DNA of 64,000 bases from Candidatus Poribacteria bacterium (GTDB lineage Bacteria; Poribacteria; WGA-4E; WGA-3G), in contig CBDANF010000003.1 of assembly GCA_965197475.1 (NCBI GenBank), forward strand, positions 3,104,001-3,168,000, given 5' to 3'. Position numbers and translations under genes: made by a program. The notes beneath the pieces are model-generated. The model was given only the letters and a program-made list of their open reading frames with translations, was not told where the DNA came from and did no database searches. Shown here piece by piece: positions 29,913 through 40,014 of the stretch (the first letter of the stretch is position 1; every line of letters begins with the position of its first letter).

Positions 29913-29940
29913 ATATAACGTGTATAAGGTTTTTTGTCAA
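29912..29940 (-). promoter_or_regulatory. sigma70 promoter, probably the original phnY*Z promoter
   Basis: TTGACA-N17-TATATT on the minus strand, abutting the IS630 end. Confidence 0.6.
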
Positions 29941-29989
29941 ATTTTAGTGTTTGTGAAGTGTCGGAGAGGAGAATGAAATGCCTACCTTT

Positions 29990-31741
29990 TTAATCTTTTG
30001 TTGTGGGCTTTGAACTAAACTGAAGCACGTTAGTTGGGTCTGCGACTTCCATCCGATAATCCCACCACCCATTATAATCTCCAGAAAGGATCGTCAAGGT
30101 GTTCCAGCCTTCCTTCAAGGGTAATTCAAAATGCGCCCACCAGGAAAATAGATGTTTGCCTGGGATAGCAGCACCAGGAATCTCAACCCCGTTAAGATAA
30201 AGTCTTCCGAGATTGCTTCCCCACCCAATCTGTGCAAAAACACGCCGTGCATCAGGACTCTTGATATAGGTTATGCCGAAACCGTAAGCCATCTCAGCGT
30301 TTTCGAAGATAGCATCTAATTTGATCCGTTCCTTTTCAGATAGATGTTCTTGCCAAGTGATTTTTCCTGATTTACCTTGATAGGTTTTATTAAGATTAAT
30401 ATCGTGTAGAGGAATTTCAAGAAAACTTTGTGGAACGTCTTTTGAGTCAGCGGGTGCTTTTTCTACGCCGAGGTCAAATGGTCCGAGAAGCATCCAATTT
30501 TTTAGGACGCGCATGTGTTCTCTGGCAATAGGGTGAAACAATTGCCTGCTGCTTAATAATTGTTCGCCACCGTATAGTACGGAATACTTGTAGATAGGAA
30601 ATGGGAGGAAGTCACCCGATGGAACTGAAAAGGTGACAGCCGTTTTTGTAGTTTGCCCAGGTTTTGCTTCAAAAGATAATTGATTTGGAGAAATCTGCCA
30701 ATTCTGACTCGGATCGAAAGCTATTTCAACTTTCAGCAGTTTTTCAAGCGTATTTTCCAGCGAGATTTCAAGACTTCCACTGGAAAATGGATTATCTTTG
30801 TTGAGATAAAATTCAGGCTTAAAGGTAAGTAGTTTGGAAACTTTGTCTTTAAATGCTGCGGTTGAAAGGTCTGCTGGGTGGATGTTGCCCGGTTCGATAA
30901 TCGCGATATTGACATCTTTGTTGTCAACGGTTACGAGACTGTAGTGGTCAAATGCACCGTATTCCCGCACTGCCTGCGGTGTAAATCCGCCACCAGTAGC
31001 ACCAAGCACAAAGTATCGGCGGTCGTTGCGTGTATGAAGTGTCAGGTTATGATAGTGCCCCGCAAAGACTGTATATGCGCGTTCTCCGAGTACTGCTTCA
31101 ATTTCTTCCCAGCCGGAATGTTTCTGCAGCCATAAAGGTCTGTGCAACATGACAAACGTATGCCGCACATCCGTGTGTTGTGTCAATTGGGATTTCACAT
31201 ATTCAATCTGTTCTTCCCCAAACCAGTTCGTCCATTCACCACTGTTTGTGTGCCATTCTTCAGTATTGAGCAATAGAAATAGACAATTTTTGTAGGTAAA
31301 TGCCGAATAGGTTCGTCCGATGTTTTTCTTCCAATAATCATACATAACTGGATTGGTAATGTCATGGTTGCCCGGTAATGGTAGGAATGGGACGATTAAA
31401 TCGGATTGATGATCCCAAAATTCTTGCCATTCTGCTGCGAGTTGATCCTCGTCTGTTGTGTCGCCTTGTATTAAATCCCCAACCATGATGGCAAAGTCCG
31501 GTTTCAATGTGTTGATTTCATCTATTGCGCGGTCAAATACCGGCCACTTATCTAATCCTCCGCCAGTTTTATCTCCAATTATAGCGAAAGTGAACTTGTC
31601 AGGGTCTTCAGAAAAAGGGCGTTCAACAATAGGAATTCGGTCTGGAAAATCGGGTTTTTGGGCAGTGGTTGTAACGTTCGCCAGAAAAAATAGAACAGCA
31701 AACATCACAAAAATTCTCAGCGCGTGAGCATACTTAGACAT
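29990..31741 (-). CDS. Secreted calcineurin-like metallophosphoesterase
   Basis: Signal peptide; GD, GDLIQG, GNHD, GHYH motifs. Confidence 0.88.
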   Translation of the reverse strand: MSKYAHALRIFVMFAVLFFLANVTTTAQKPDFPDRIPIVERPFSEDPDKFTFAIIGDKTGGGLDKWPVFDRAIDEINTLKPDFAIMVGDLIQGDTTDEDQLAAEWQEFWDHQSDLIVPFLPLPGNHDITNPVMYDYWKKNIGRTYSAFTYKNCLFLLLNTEEWHTNSGEWTNWFGEEQIEYVKSQLTQHTDVRHTFVMLHRPLWLQKHSGWEEIEAVLGERAYTVFAGHYHNLTLHTRNDRRYFVLGATGGGFTPQAVREYGAFDHYSLVTVDNKDVNIAIIEPGNIHPADLSTAAFKDKVSKLLTFKPEFYLNKDNPFSSGSLEISLENTLEKLLKVEIAFDPSQNWQISPNQLSFEAKPGQTTKTAVTFSVPSGDFLPFPIYKYSVLYGGEQLLSSRQLFHPIAREHMRVLKNWMLLGPFDLGVEKAPADSKDVPQSFLEIPLHDINLNKTYQGKSGKITWQEHLSEKERIKLDAIFENAEMAYGFGITYIKSPDARRVFAQIGWGSNLGRLYLNGVEIPGAAIPGKHLFSWWAHFELPLKEGWNTLTILSGDYNGWWDYRMEVADPTNVLQFSSKPTTKD

Positions 31742-31804
31742 ATAATTCTCCTGGACATGTAGGTTTTACGAACATATCCCTTGCAAATAATTTTCTTACG
31801 TGTT

Positions 31805-31833
31805 AGTATAACGCACAAGGAATCTTTTGTCAA
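31805..31833 (-). promoter_or_regulatory. sigma70 promoter for the metallophosphoesterase
   Basis: TTGACA-N17-TATACT. Confidence 0.65.
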
Positions 31834-32006
31834 AGTACTGAAAGCTATTACCTATTCGGATGATACGCTAATAAACCTACACATATTTTATACGTCAAAC
31901 GGACAACTATGTAACATTGTTATAGTATAATCCTTAAGCGTCTCCAACATAGCCACACTGTGATTCGCCAACATATCTGTTGACTGTATGCAAAGGACAT
32001 TCACCT

Positions 32007-33092
32007 ATGGCAACGATTTTCTATAGTCTTTCAGGCGAGGGGCGAGGACATGCGACACGTGTCCGTGCTGTTGTTGAGGAATTACGGAAGCATCACAGAA
32101 TAGTAATCTATGCGCCTGGTCACGCTTATGATTTGTTGCATCCGGTGTATGAAGACACAGATGTTGAAGTAAAACACATTCCGGGGTTAGTTTTTCATTA
32201 CAAGGATTGCCCTTCAACAGGACGGCGGCAGCTTGACACGCTTAAGACGGGAATGGAGGGGTTGCACTATATCGCAGGATATGCTGCCCTGTCGAAGCGC
32301 ATCCAAGACGATATTGAGAAAGAAACCCCTGATTTAGTTATTACCGATTTTGAACCAGCACTCCCCAGAGCAGCACGACAAGCGGGAATCCCGTTTATCA
32401 GTCTTGATCATCAGCATTTTTTACTCGTCTCAGACCTGAGCAAACTTCCAGCAGACCTACAGCGACACGCTTTTTTAATGGCACAGATTGTACGCGGGTA
32501 TTATCATGGACAGGTGCAAACAGTTGTTTCTTCTTTCTACTTTCCGCCGCTGAAGACGAATGCTAAGGACGTTTCCCAAATTGGGGTGCTGTTAAGAGCT
32601 GAGGTATTAGAGGCAACACCTGAACATGGCGACCACATTGTTGTCTATTTAAGACGTTTTGGCTCTCCAGAAGTTTTTGAAGCATTAGAAGCTTGCGGAT
32701 GTGAGATGCGGATCTATGGACTCGGTGCACAACCGTCTACTGGACGTTTCCGGTTCTGTGAAATTGACATGCACAGGTTTATTGAAGACCTTGCTACCAG
32801 CCGCGCATTAATCAGCACTGCTGGAAATCAACTCATCGGGGAAGCATTATACCTTGAAAAACCTGTGCTCGCTATGCCAGAGCACGGCAACCACGAACAG
32901 CGTATTAACGGACACTTTCTCCGAGAAGCTGGCGCAGGGATGACTGTGAATATGGAACAAATTACACCCCTTTATACCCGATATTTTATGGAACAGTGTG
33001 ACGCGTTTCGGGCACGCATTAACCGTGGTCAGGTACACGGAAATACCACTGCTTTGAAAATAATTAATCAATATTTGCCCGGGGCTGCATAA
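32007..33092 (+). CDS. Glycosyltransferase, MJ1255/VC2487-like GT-B
   Basis: GEGRGHATR, PDLVITDFEP, TAGNQLIGEA, HEQRING. Confidence 0.85.
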   Translation: MATIFYSLSGEGRGHATRVRAVVEELRKHHRIVIYAPGHAYDLLHPVYEDTDVEVKHIPGLVFHYKDCPSTGRRQLDTLKTGMEGLHYIAGYAALSKRIQDDIEKETPDLVITDFEPALPRAARQAGIPFISLDHQHFLLVSDLSKLPADLQRHAFLMAQIVRGYYHGQVQTVVSSFYFPPLKTNAKDVSQIGVLLRAEVLEATPEHGDHIVVYLRRFGSPEVFEALEACGCEMRIYGLGAQPSTGRFRFCEIDMHRFIEDLATSRALISTAGNQLIGEALYLEKPVLAMPEHGNHEQRINGHFLREAGAGMTVNMEQITPLYTRYFMEQCDAFRARINRGQVHGNTTALKIINQYLPGAA

Positions 33093-33117
33093 ATCTCCGA
33101 GTATAAGGAATCATCAG

Positions 33118-34203
33118 ATGAACCGCATTCTATCATTTCTGCCTACCCTCTGGCGATCAAGGCTACGCAAGGTAACACAGCCGCGTTTTTTGACGTACAC
33201 CGTGACCTTTTCATGCAACGCTCGTTGCATCATGTGCGATTCATGGCGTAAACCTTCTCCGAACGATCTTAGCCTTCAAGAAATAGAAAACATCTTCGAT
33301 CAACTCCCACGCATGGATGCGGTTCGGTTAACAGGTGGTGAACCGTTTGTGCGGCGCGATATGTTGGAAATTGCACATCTTACTCAGGAAAAACTTCGCC
33401 CTTTAATACTCCATGTCACCACAAATGGATTTCTAACCGATCGGATTGTCCAGTTCTGTGAAGAGCGAAAACAGGATGTTCCGTTGAGCATGCTCGTTTC
33501 TGTAGACGGGATGAAAGATAAGCATAACACCGTCCGAGGACACGATAAGGCCTGGGATTTTATCGTCAAAACCCTTGAATCCCTCGCGCCACGTCAGAAG
33601 GAATTGCGGATGAGCCTCTCGGTAAATCAAACAATCGTTGACGCAGAGGGTGTTGAACACTACAAACGCCTGCGGGATTTCTTGAAACCTTTAGGTATTC
33701 GGAATAACGTTGTTATGGCGTATGACATCAGCGCAACCTACAATCTGGAAGAAGAGGTAGATGTCGCACCAACGCAGATAGGGGAATTCGCAACTTTCGG
33801 AGAATTTACTGATGAGCATCTCAACGATCTATTTAACGAGATAGAAAAGGATTTACGGAGTTATCCGCTCATGGATAGAATTGCCAAGAAATACTATCTA
33901 CTTGGTATACGCAATCGTTTACTTGGCGATAAAGGCAAACCTAACCCAAAATGTGTCGCATTAAATTCACATCTACGCATACTACCAGATGGACGTGTAC
34001 CGACCTGTCAATTTAATACGACATCTGTTGGTAATCTGCGTGAACAAAAGTTTGACAAACTCTGGGAAAACACCGACATTCAGAAACAGCGGAAATGGGT
34101 CAACAAATGCCCAGGGTGTTGGGCGGAGTGTGAAGTCCTTCCAAGTGCTATTTACACTGGCGATTTGCTTCGTCAAACGCTCTTTCCCGGTAGCAGTATC
34201 TGA
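33118..34203 (+). CDS. Radical SAM protein with C-terminal SPASM/twitch-like domain
   Basis: CNARCIMC, TGGEP, C..PDGRVPTC..GNL..CPGCWAEC. Confidence 0.92.
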   Translation: MNRILSFLPTLWRSRLRKVTQPRFLTYTVTFSCNARCIMCDSWRKPSPNDLSLQEIENIFDQLPRMDAVRLTGGEPFVRRDMLEIAHLTQEKLRPLILHVTTNGFLTDRIVQFCEERKQDVPLSMLVSVDGMKDKHNTVRGHDKAWDFIVKTLESLAPRQKELRMSLSVNQTIVDAEGVEHYKRLRDFLKPLGIRNNVVMAYDISATYNLEEEVDVAPTQIGEFATFGEFTDEHLNDLFNEIEKDLRSYPLMDRIAKKYYLLGIRNRLLGDKGKPNPKCVALNSHLRILPDGRVPTCQFNTTSVGNLREQKFDKLWENTDIQKQRKWVNKCPGCWAECEVLPSAIYTGDLLRQTLFPGSSI

Positions 34204-34221
34204 ATCGTCCATCAGCACTTT

Positions 34222-35079
34222 TCAATCGGATTCTGGAATGGGCAAAACCTCACGAGATACTGGTTCCATCTTTTCTGAATATGTATTACCCCGAATCCAC
34301 ATGACTGGGCGCACATTCTTTACATTCTTATTAGGTACACGTTCTGAATCTGCACTAATATAATGTGCAACATTACAACGTCGAAAGCGAAGACTTTGGT
34401 TATCAGTGCTTTTATGGAGAATTTGGTTGTTGAACCAAACTACTGCTCCAGGTGGAGCTTCAACAGCAATACCATCTTCGTCCCGCGCACCGCGTGCTAT
34501 CTTAAACTCATTCTGTTGTGATCCTTCAAGGTTTTCATGCTCAAGAACGCCATATTTGTGGCTACCGGGAATAACGTATAGACACCCATTGTCTACATCT
34601 GCTGCATCAATAGCAGTCCATGTTCCGACTGTTTTTGTGGTTATATACTGATTGTTAAAATACCATTTGTCTTGATGCCATGGAAAACCTAAGCCGATTT
34701 TGGGAGGTTTCCAAATATACAGATTGTTGAGACCGAGGATATCTGGACCAATTAAGTCAACAATTGGATCCGTTAGACGCTTATCACGTGTGCGTGCAAG
34801 GAATTCAGGTGAATATTTATTTATATGATGAATACAGTGCATCGCGTGGGTACCTGATGCTTCAGTTTTTCCATCTCTAACTAATGCGTTTTGGTGAAGA
34901 TTTGCAGCAGGGAATGGTCGTTTCCCCACAGCAATGTCGTCTACGACTTGGCGGAGCACATCGTTTTCTTCTTCGGTAAAAACGTTGTAACGGACAAAGT
35001 ATCCATTTTCGTCCCAAGAGGATCGTTCTTTAGGCATCAGTCTAAACTTCCGTTCTTCGGCTGTTGTATTTGTGTCCAT
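34222..35079 (-). CDS. Phytanoyl-CoA dioxygenase (PhyH) family protein
   Basis: PWHQD, NGCLYVIPGSH, LHKS..N.S..R. Confidence 0.9.
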   Translation of the reverse strand: MDTNTTAEERKFRLMPKERSSWDENGYFVRYNVFTEEENDVLRQVVDDIAVGKRPFPAANLHQNALVRDGKTEASGTHAMHCIHHINKYSPEFLARTRDKRLTDPIVDLIGPDILGLNNLYIWKPPKIGLGFPWHQDKWYFNNQYITTKTVGTWTAIDAADVDNGCLYVIPGSHKYGVLEHENLEGSQQNEFKIARGARDEDGIAVEAPPGAVVWFNNQILHKSTDNQSLRFRRCNVAHYISADSERVPNKNVKNVRPVMWIRGNTYSEKMEPVSREVLPIPESD

Positions 35080-35189
35080 TAATTAATGCCCCTTTCATAA
35101 ATTCTACTAAACTTTGGACAATTTTAAAAGTTCCGTATGGTAGATTAGGTTAGGTTGAACGTAACGCTTTACAGCTCTGAAAGATGCTT

Positions 35190-35401
35190 CCACATATTTC
35201 GCCTCGCTGGGGCCAAAGAGGTGTGGATCACTGTATTTCTATAAACATTCCGCCCTGCGGGGTTTAGAATTCGGACAGATTACGGAAAGTGTAAGATTCT
35301 ATTGACATAACGTTACAAATTGCTTCCACAGGAGTTCTGTAATTGTGATTCGGAGATCGCTCCTACAGAATGTAAGAGGCGCAATGAATTGCGCGACTAC
35401 A
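35190..35401. repeat. Cluster of short palindromic REP-like units
   Basis: TTCGCCTCGCTGGGG and TTCCGCCCTGCGGGG resemble units at 60940/60991; two palindromes end in CTAC(A). Confidence 0.45.
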
Positions 35402-35499
35402 AACGCATGTTTTGTTAATGAAAAGCGATCAATTAGAAATGGTATCAGTTGCTGCGATGATTCCTAAAACTCTAGCGAGGATTTATGGTTATAGCAAAT

Positions 35500-35716
35500 T
35501 TATTTTTCATCGTTTGTGTTGTTAACTAAAGCGTCGCGAAGTTCTTGGTAGTATGTATCCACTAAATCACGGACACTATAGAAATCTTTACCTTGCATTG
35601 CTGCTTTAAATTCCTTCTGATGATTCTCAATGAATTGAAAAATCTGGCTCCGAGACGCGCTCAAAGACTCATCGTAATTGATGCTCTTAAGATACATTTG
35701 TTCATCTAATTCTAAT
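35500..35716 (-). pseudogene. 3' remnant of an unknown gene cut by the adjacent IS
   Basis: Frame stays open (ELELDEQMYLKS..) up to the IS end at about 35717. Confidence 0.45.
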
Positions 35717-36721
35717 TCTGATATTTATCAAAATTCTTCATATGTCAATGTTTATCAATGTTTTCTTGGTATTTGTTCATGAAAATGCTCGCTGAGATCA
35801 GACAGCATCTGCCTCTGTCCTGAAAGTTCAAGTTGTCCTTGATGAAAGGTTTTTCGCACGGAGCGACTGACCTGCTGTATCAAAAGGTAGCTCATCACTT
35901 TCACACCTAAGTTCGCATACGCGCCATTCCGTCCTTTTAGGCTCATGGATGCGAGGTTTAGGTCTGTTTTTAGATACCGCCAATACTGTTCTATACCGTG
36001 GTGTTGAGACCATATCCGCAGGATTTCACAAGCACGGAGTGGTTTCCCGAATACGAGCATTGTTCGGACTTTGCCACGGTCTGCCAAGAACAACACCACT
36101 ACTTTTCCAAAAGTTGGACTTGTGGCTTTAGTGCGATAGACCGGTTTATCGCAACCCCATTGATTGGAGAGGAGTTTGATCGGCTTTTTATGCTCCGAGA
36201 GTTTCGCCCTTTTTTCATCAATCATCATCACATAGTTGCTTTTTCCGTGCACAAGGATCGTTTCAAATCCCATTTCTCGCAAGGTGTCAATCAAGTGGTG
36301 GCTGCCATACCACGCATCGAAGGTGATCGGATAGTTTCGGATATCTATTCCGGTCTCTTCAAAGAAGGACACCACTTCCTTGAACATAGTGATGACACAG
36401 GAGGGTTTATCCGTGTTCCCGCGGCCTTGTTTGCTGACCAGTCGCATATTCAGCGGAATGATCTGATTTCCAATCTTTATTGTGATCCCCAATATATTTT
36501 GTCTCTTCATCGGCTGATTTGCTTGAGAAGACCACCAATCAGATACGTAGAAGAGCTCCGCTCCATAACGGAAAACAAAGGTATCATCCACACTGATGAC
36601 GATACACAGACGCGATAGGGTAGAAGCACTTTTTGATACTGCCTCCTATAGCACCTCTAACGCAATAGAACACCCGATACGCACAAAAAGATGCTGCCAG
36701 AGATAAAGACTCATCGTATTC
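35717..36721 (-). mobile_element. Truncated copy of the IS701/IS4-like element also present at 50797-52154
   Basis: Near-identical to 50797-51801; transposase 5' part missing, cut at the IS3 end. Confidence 0.88.
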
Positions 36722-36800
36722 TGTACTGCCATCGGAAATTAGGGCCACTGTCTAAACCAAGATTGTGGTATAATAACAACCTAATTATAAGGAGTATCCG

Positions 36801-37100
36801 ATGGCGAAACGAAAACGAAGAAGCTTCACCCCCGAGTTTAAAGCGGAGGTTGTTCTTGAGGCCTTCAGCGGTGAAAGTTCCCAAGCAGAAGTGTGTCGCC
36901 GCCATAACCTCAGCGAAGACCAGCTCTCAAAGTGGAAGCAGCAACTCGTTGAAAATGCGGCATCTCTGTTTGCCTCCACGGATAAGCGATCCAGCGAGGC
37001 GGCCGAGCGGATCGCCCACCTTGAACAACTCGTTGGACGGTTAACCGTGGCATTAGACATCCCAAAAAAAGCCTCCACTTGGTTGAGTTACCTCGTCTGA
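36801..37100 (+). CDS. IS3 transposase OrfA
   Basis: Close paralog of 21045-21335. Confidence 0.9.
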   Translation: MAKRKRRSFTPEFKAEVVLEAFSGESSQAEVCRRHNLSEDQLSKWKQQLVENAASLFASTDKRSSEAAERIAHLEQLVGRLTVALDIPKKASTWLSYLV

Positions 37101-37122
37101 TAAGCGAAACCTCGTTGAGGCG

Positions 37123-37932
37123 TTGCGGGACGATTATTCAGTTCACCAGATTTGTGAGACGCTGGGTTTCAACCGGAGCCTTCTCTATTATCACCCGAAA
37201 AGGGATCCTTCTGAAGAGGTGCTTGGTGAGGAAATAGAGAAGTTATGTGCGCGTTATCCGAAATATGGGTATAGGCGTATCACGCAGATGCTGTTGGGTA
37301 TGGGATACACCATTGGGTATCGGCGCGTCGCCCGATTGATGAAATCCCAGAACTTGTCGGTTTCGGTCAAAGGGGTTTCCAGTCAAACTACGAGATCGCT
37401 TGAAGGTGCGCAGCCTTGGGTGAATCGCCTTGAAGCACTTGACATCTGTCGATGTGATCAGGTCTGAGTTGGCGATATAACGTATGTCCGTCTCCACAGA
37501 CGCTTCGTCTATGTTTCGGTGCTCATGGATGTATTCACTCGCATGATAAGAGGGTGGCAGGTCAGCCAACATTTGAACACATCTCTGACCCTGAAAGCCT
37601 TGGAACAGGCAGGACGCCAAAGTATCCCAGAGAGCCACCATAGCGATCAAGGGGTTCAGTCCCTTTCAAGTGCCTATATCTCAACGCTGAAACAGCACGG
37701 CATTGAGATTTCCTTAGCGCGTAGAGGGTGTCCGTGGGAGAACGGGTATGCTGAAAGGAGACCCATCCGAACTCTCAAAGAGGAAGAAGTTCATCTCAAT
37801 GATTATGAGGATATAACCGATGCCAGCACACGCATCGGGCATTTTATCACACAGGTGTATCATCACAAACGCCCTCACTCGGCGTTAGGGTATTTGACAC
37901 CTGTTGAATTTGAACAACAAAACTTGTCTTAA
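37123..37932 (+). pseudogene. IS3 transposase OrfB, interrupted
   Basis: CDQV*VGDITYV versus CNQVWVGDITYV in the intact copy. Confidence 0.85.
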
Positions 37933-38164
37933 CTTTACTGATTTTTTGGCCCTAATTAGCGTTGGCACTTCAAACCGTGTCAAAAAACCCCAATGTGTAA
38001 ACAGAAGCGCAAAAATACACGTTTTAACGAGATTAGGAATGAATTCCCCATTGCTTATGTATTATCCTTGAAATATGTCATTGTATGTTGTATACTTAAT
38101 AAACATTTTTTTGTCGTAATTTAAAACTGAGTTTGTCAGGTAATAGGGAGATGATAGTAGAACA

Positions 38165-39157
38165 ATGAAAATTCTGATTGCTGGATTGGGTTCTATTGGC
38201 AGACGACATTTGCGGAATTTGCAAGCCTTGAATGCGGGAGAATTTGTATTGTTACGCTCACGTCGTTCCACACTTCCAGATGATAAATTAGCCGGTTTGC
38301 CCACGGAACAGGATTTAGCGGAGGCACTTCAGAATCATAGTCCTGATGTTGTCGTTATCTCAAATCCGACTTCACTTCACCTTGATGTTGCGATCCTTGC
38401 TGCTGAAGCTGGTTGCCACCTATTATTAGAGAAACCAATTTCTCATACGATGGATCGGGTGTCAACCTTAGCAGACATTGTGAAGCGACAAGACGTGAGA
38501 GTTCTTGTAGGCTTCCAATTTCGCTTTCACCCTGGCTTGCAGCATATTAAGGAATTACTTAATAATGATGCTATCGGTCCGGTTACATCTATTCACGTTC
38601 ATTGGGGAGAATACCTACCTGCATGGCATCCTTGGGAAGATTACCGTGACGGATATGCAGCACGCAGCGACCTTGGTGGTGGTGTTTTACTGACATTGTG
38701 CCATCCTTTTGATTACCTGCGATGGCTTATTGGAGAGGTTGACGCAGTATCGGCGATGACAGCACAAGAGGGTGGGTTAGACATTGAGGTTGAGGACACA
38801 GCGAATGTGATGCTCCGATTTGAAAATGGCGCAAATGGAACTGTCCATCTTGACTATGTTCAACGTCCACCTACACATACACTACAGATTACAGGACAAC
38901 GGGGACGTATTCTCTGGGATAACGAAGATGGCGCAGTCCATTGGTATCAGACTGACACTGAAAAATGGGAAATAGAGGAAATGTCACCCGATTTTGAGCG
39001 CAATACACTTTTTGTTGGAGAAGTTGAACATTTCCTAAATTGTATTGAAAGTGGAACAGAACCGTGTGTTAATCTGAACGATGGAATTGCCACACAAAAG
39101 ATTGTGCTCGCAGCGAAAGAGTCAAGCAGAGAAGGGAAAGAAATCATAATCGCATAG
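38165..39157 (+). CDS. Gfo/Idh/MocA family oxidoreductase
   Basis: GLGSIG, LEKPIS, GGGVLL. Confidence 0.92.
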   Translation: MKILIAGLGSIGRRHLRNLQALNAGEFVLLRSRRSTLPDDKLAGLPTEQDLAEALQNHSPDVVVISNPTSLHLDVAILAAEAGCHLLLEKPISHTMDRVSTLADIVKRQDVRVLVGFQFRFHPGLQHIKELLNNDAIGPVTSIHVHWGEYLPAWHPWEDYRDGYAARSDLGGGVLLTLCHPFDYLRWLIGEVDAVSAMTAQEGGLDIEVEDTANVMLRFENGANGTVHLDYVQRPPTHTLQITGQRGRILWDNEDGAVHWYQTDTEKWEIEEMSPDFERNTLFVGEVEHFLNCIESGTEPCVNLNDGIATQKIVLAAKESSREGKEIIIA

Positions 39158-39189
39158 TTGTGTTGCCTGACGACATCAAGGGTTTCTGT

Positions 39190-40014
39190 ATGGACAAAGA
39201 TTATTTTGATTTACAAGGAAAGGTCGCTATCGTTACAGGTGGTGCAGGCATGTTGGGAAAGGAATATTGCCGCGCGTTTATCGAAGCCTCTGCACATGTC
39301 GTCATTGCCGATTTGCAGGGCGGTGCTGCGAAGGATTACGCAAGCCTCATCAGCACAGATGGAAACCCAAAAGCAATCGGTGTTGAGACTGATGTCACGG
39401 ATAAAATGTCTGTGCAATCAATGGTAACCCGAACCCTTGACGAATTTGGCAGAATAGATATTCTTGTTAACAACGCAGCCCTTGATCCAAAATTCGATAC
39501 TGAGCATGCATCTGAACACACAAACACCTTTGAAGACTACCCGTTGGAACTATGGAATGCAAGTGTAGCAGTTGATTTGACCGGAATGTTTCTCTGTTCG
39601 CAAGCTGTAGCTTCACCGATGCTTAAACAGAAAAGCGGCGTTATCATCAATATATGCTCAACTTATGGAGTCGTTGGACCAGATCAAAGACTTTATGAAC
39701 CAGATGATCCGACAAAAATCCGAACCTATAAACCTATTACTTACTCTGTCACAAAAAGTGCCGTGCTCGGTTTAACGCGCTACCTCGCAACGTATTGGGC
39801 AGGAAAAAACATACGTGTTAACGCATTGACACTTGGCGGTGTATTTAATGAACACGATGATGAATTTGTGAGACGTTATAGTTACCGGACTCCACTTGGA
39901 CGCATGGCAGAAAAATCGGAATACTGCGGGGCACTCCTATTTGTTGCTTCTGATGCTGCATCGTATATGACAGGGGCAAATCTTGTGGTTGATGGAGGTT
40001 GGACAGCATGGTAG
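39190..40014 (+). CDS. SDR family oxidoreductase (PtmA-like)
   Basis: TGGAGMLG, NNAA, YSVTK, TGANLVVDGG. Confidence 0.92.
   Translation: MDKDYFDLQGKVAIVTGGAGMLGKEYCRAFIEASAHVVIADLQGGAAKDYASLISTDGNPKAIGVETDVTDKMSVQSMVTRTLDEFGRIDILVNNAALDPKFDTEHASEHTNTFEDYPLELWNASVAVDLTGMFLCSQAVASPMLKQKSGVIINICSTYGVVGPDQRLYEPDDPTKIRTYKPITYSVTKSAVLGLTRYLATYWAGKNIRVNALTLGGVFNEHDDEFVRRYSYRTPLGRMAEKSEYCGALLFVASDAASYMTGANLVVDGGWTAW

Larger units (their letters stand above)
36722..37972 (+). mobile_element. IS3-family insertion sequence with a nonsense mutation in orfB
   Basis: IRs TGTACTGCCATCGGAAATTAGGGCC / TGAAGTGCCAACGCTAATTAGGGCC; orfA 36801-37100; orfB W->TGA at 37465. Confidence 0.92.

Noticed and set aside
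37465-37467. In-frame TGA in IS3 orfB as Sec
   Set aside because: Aligns to Trp (TGG) in the intact copy; ordinary nonsense mutation
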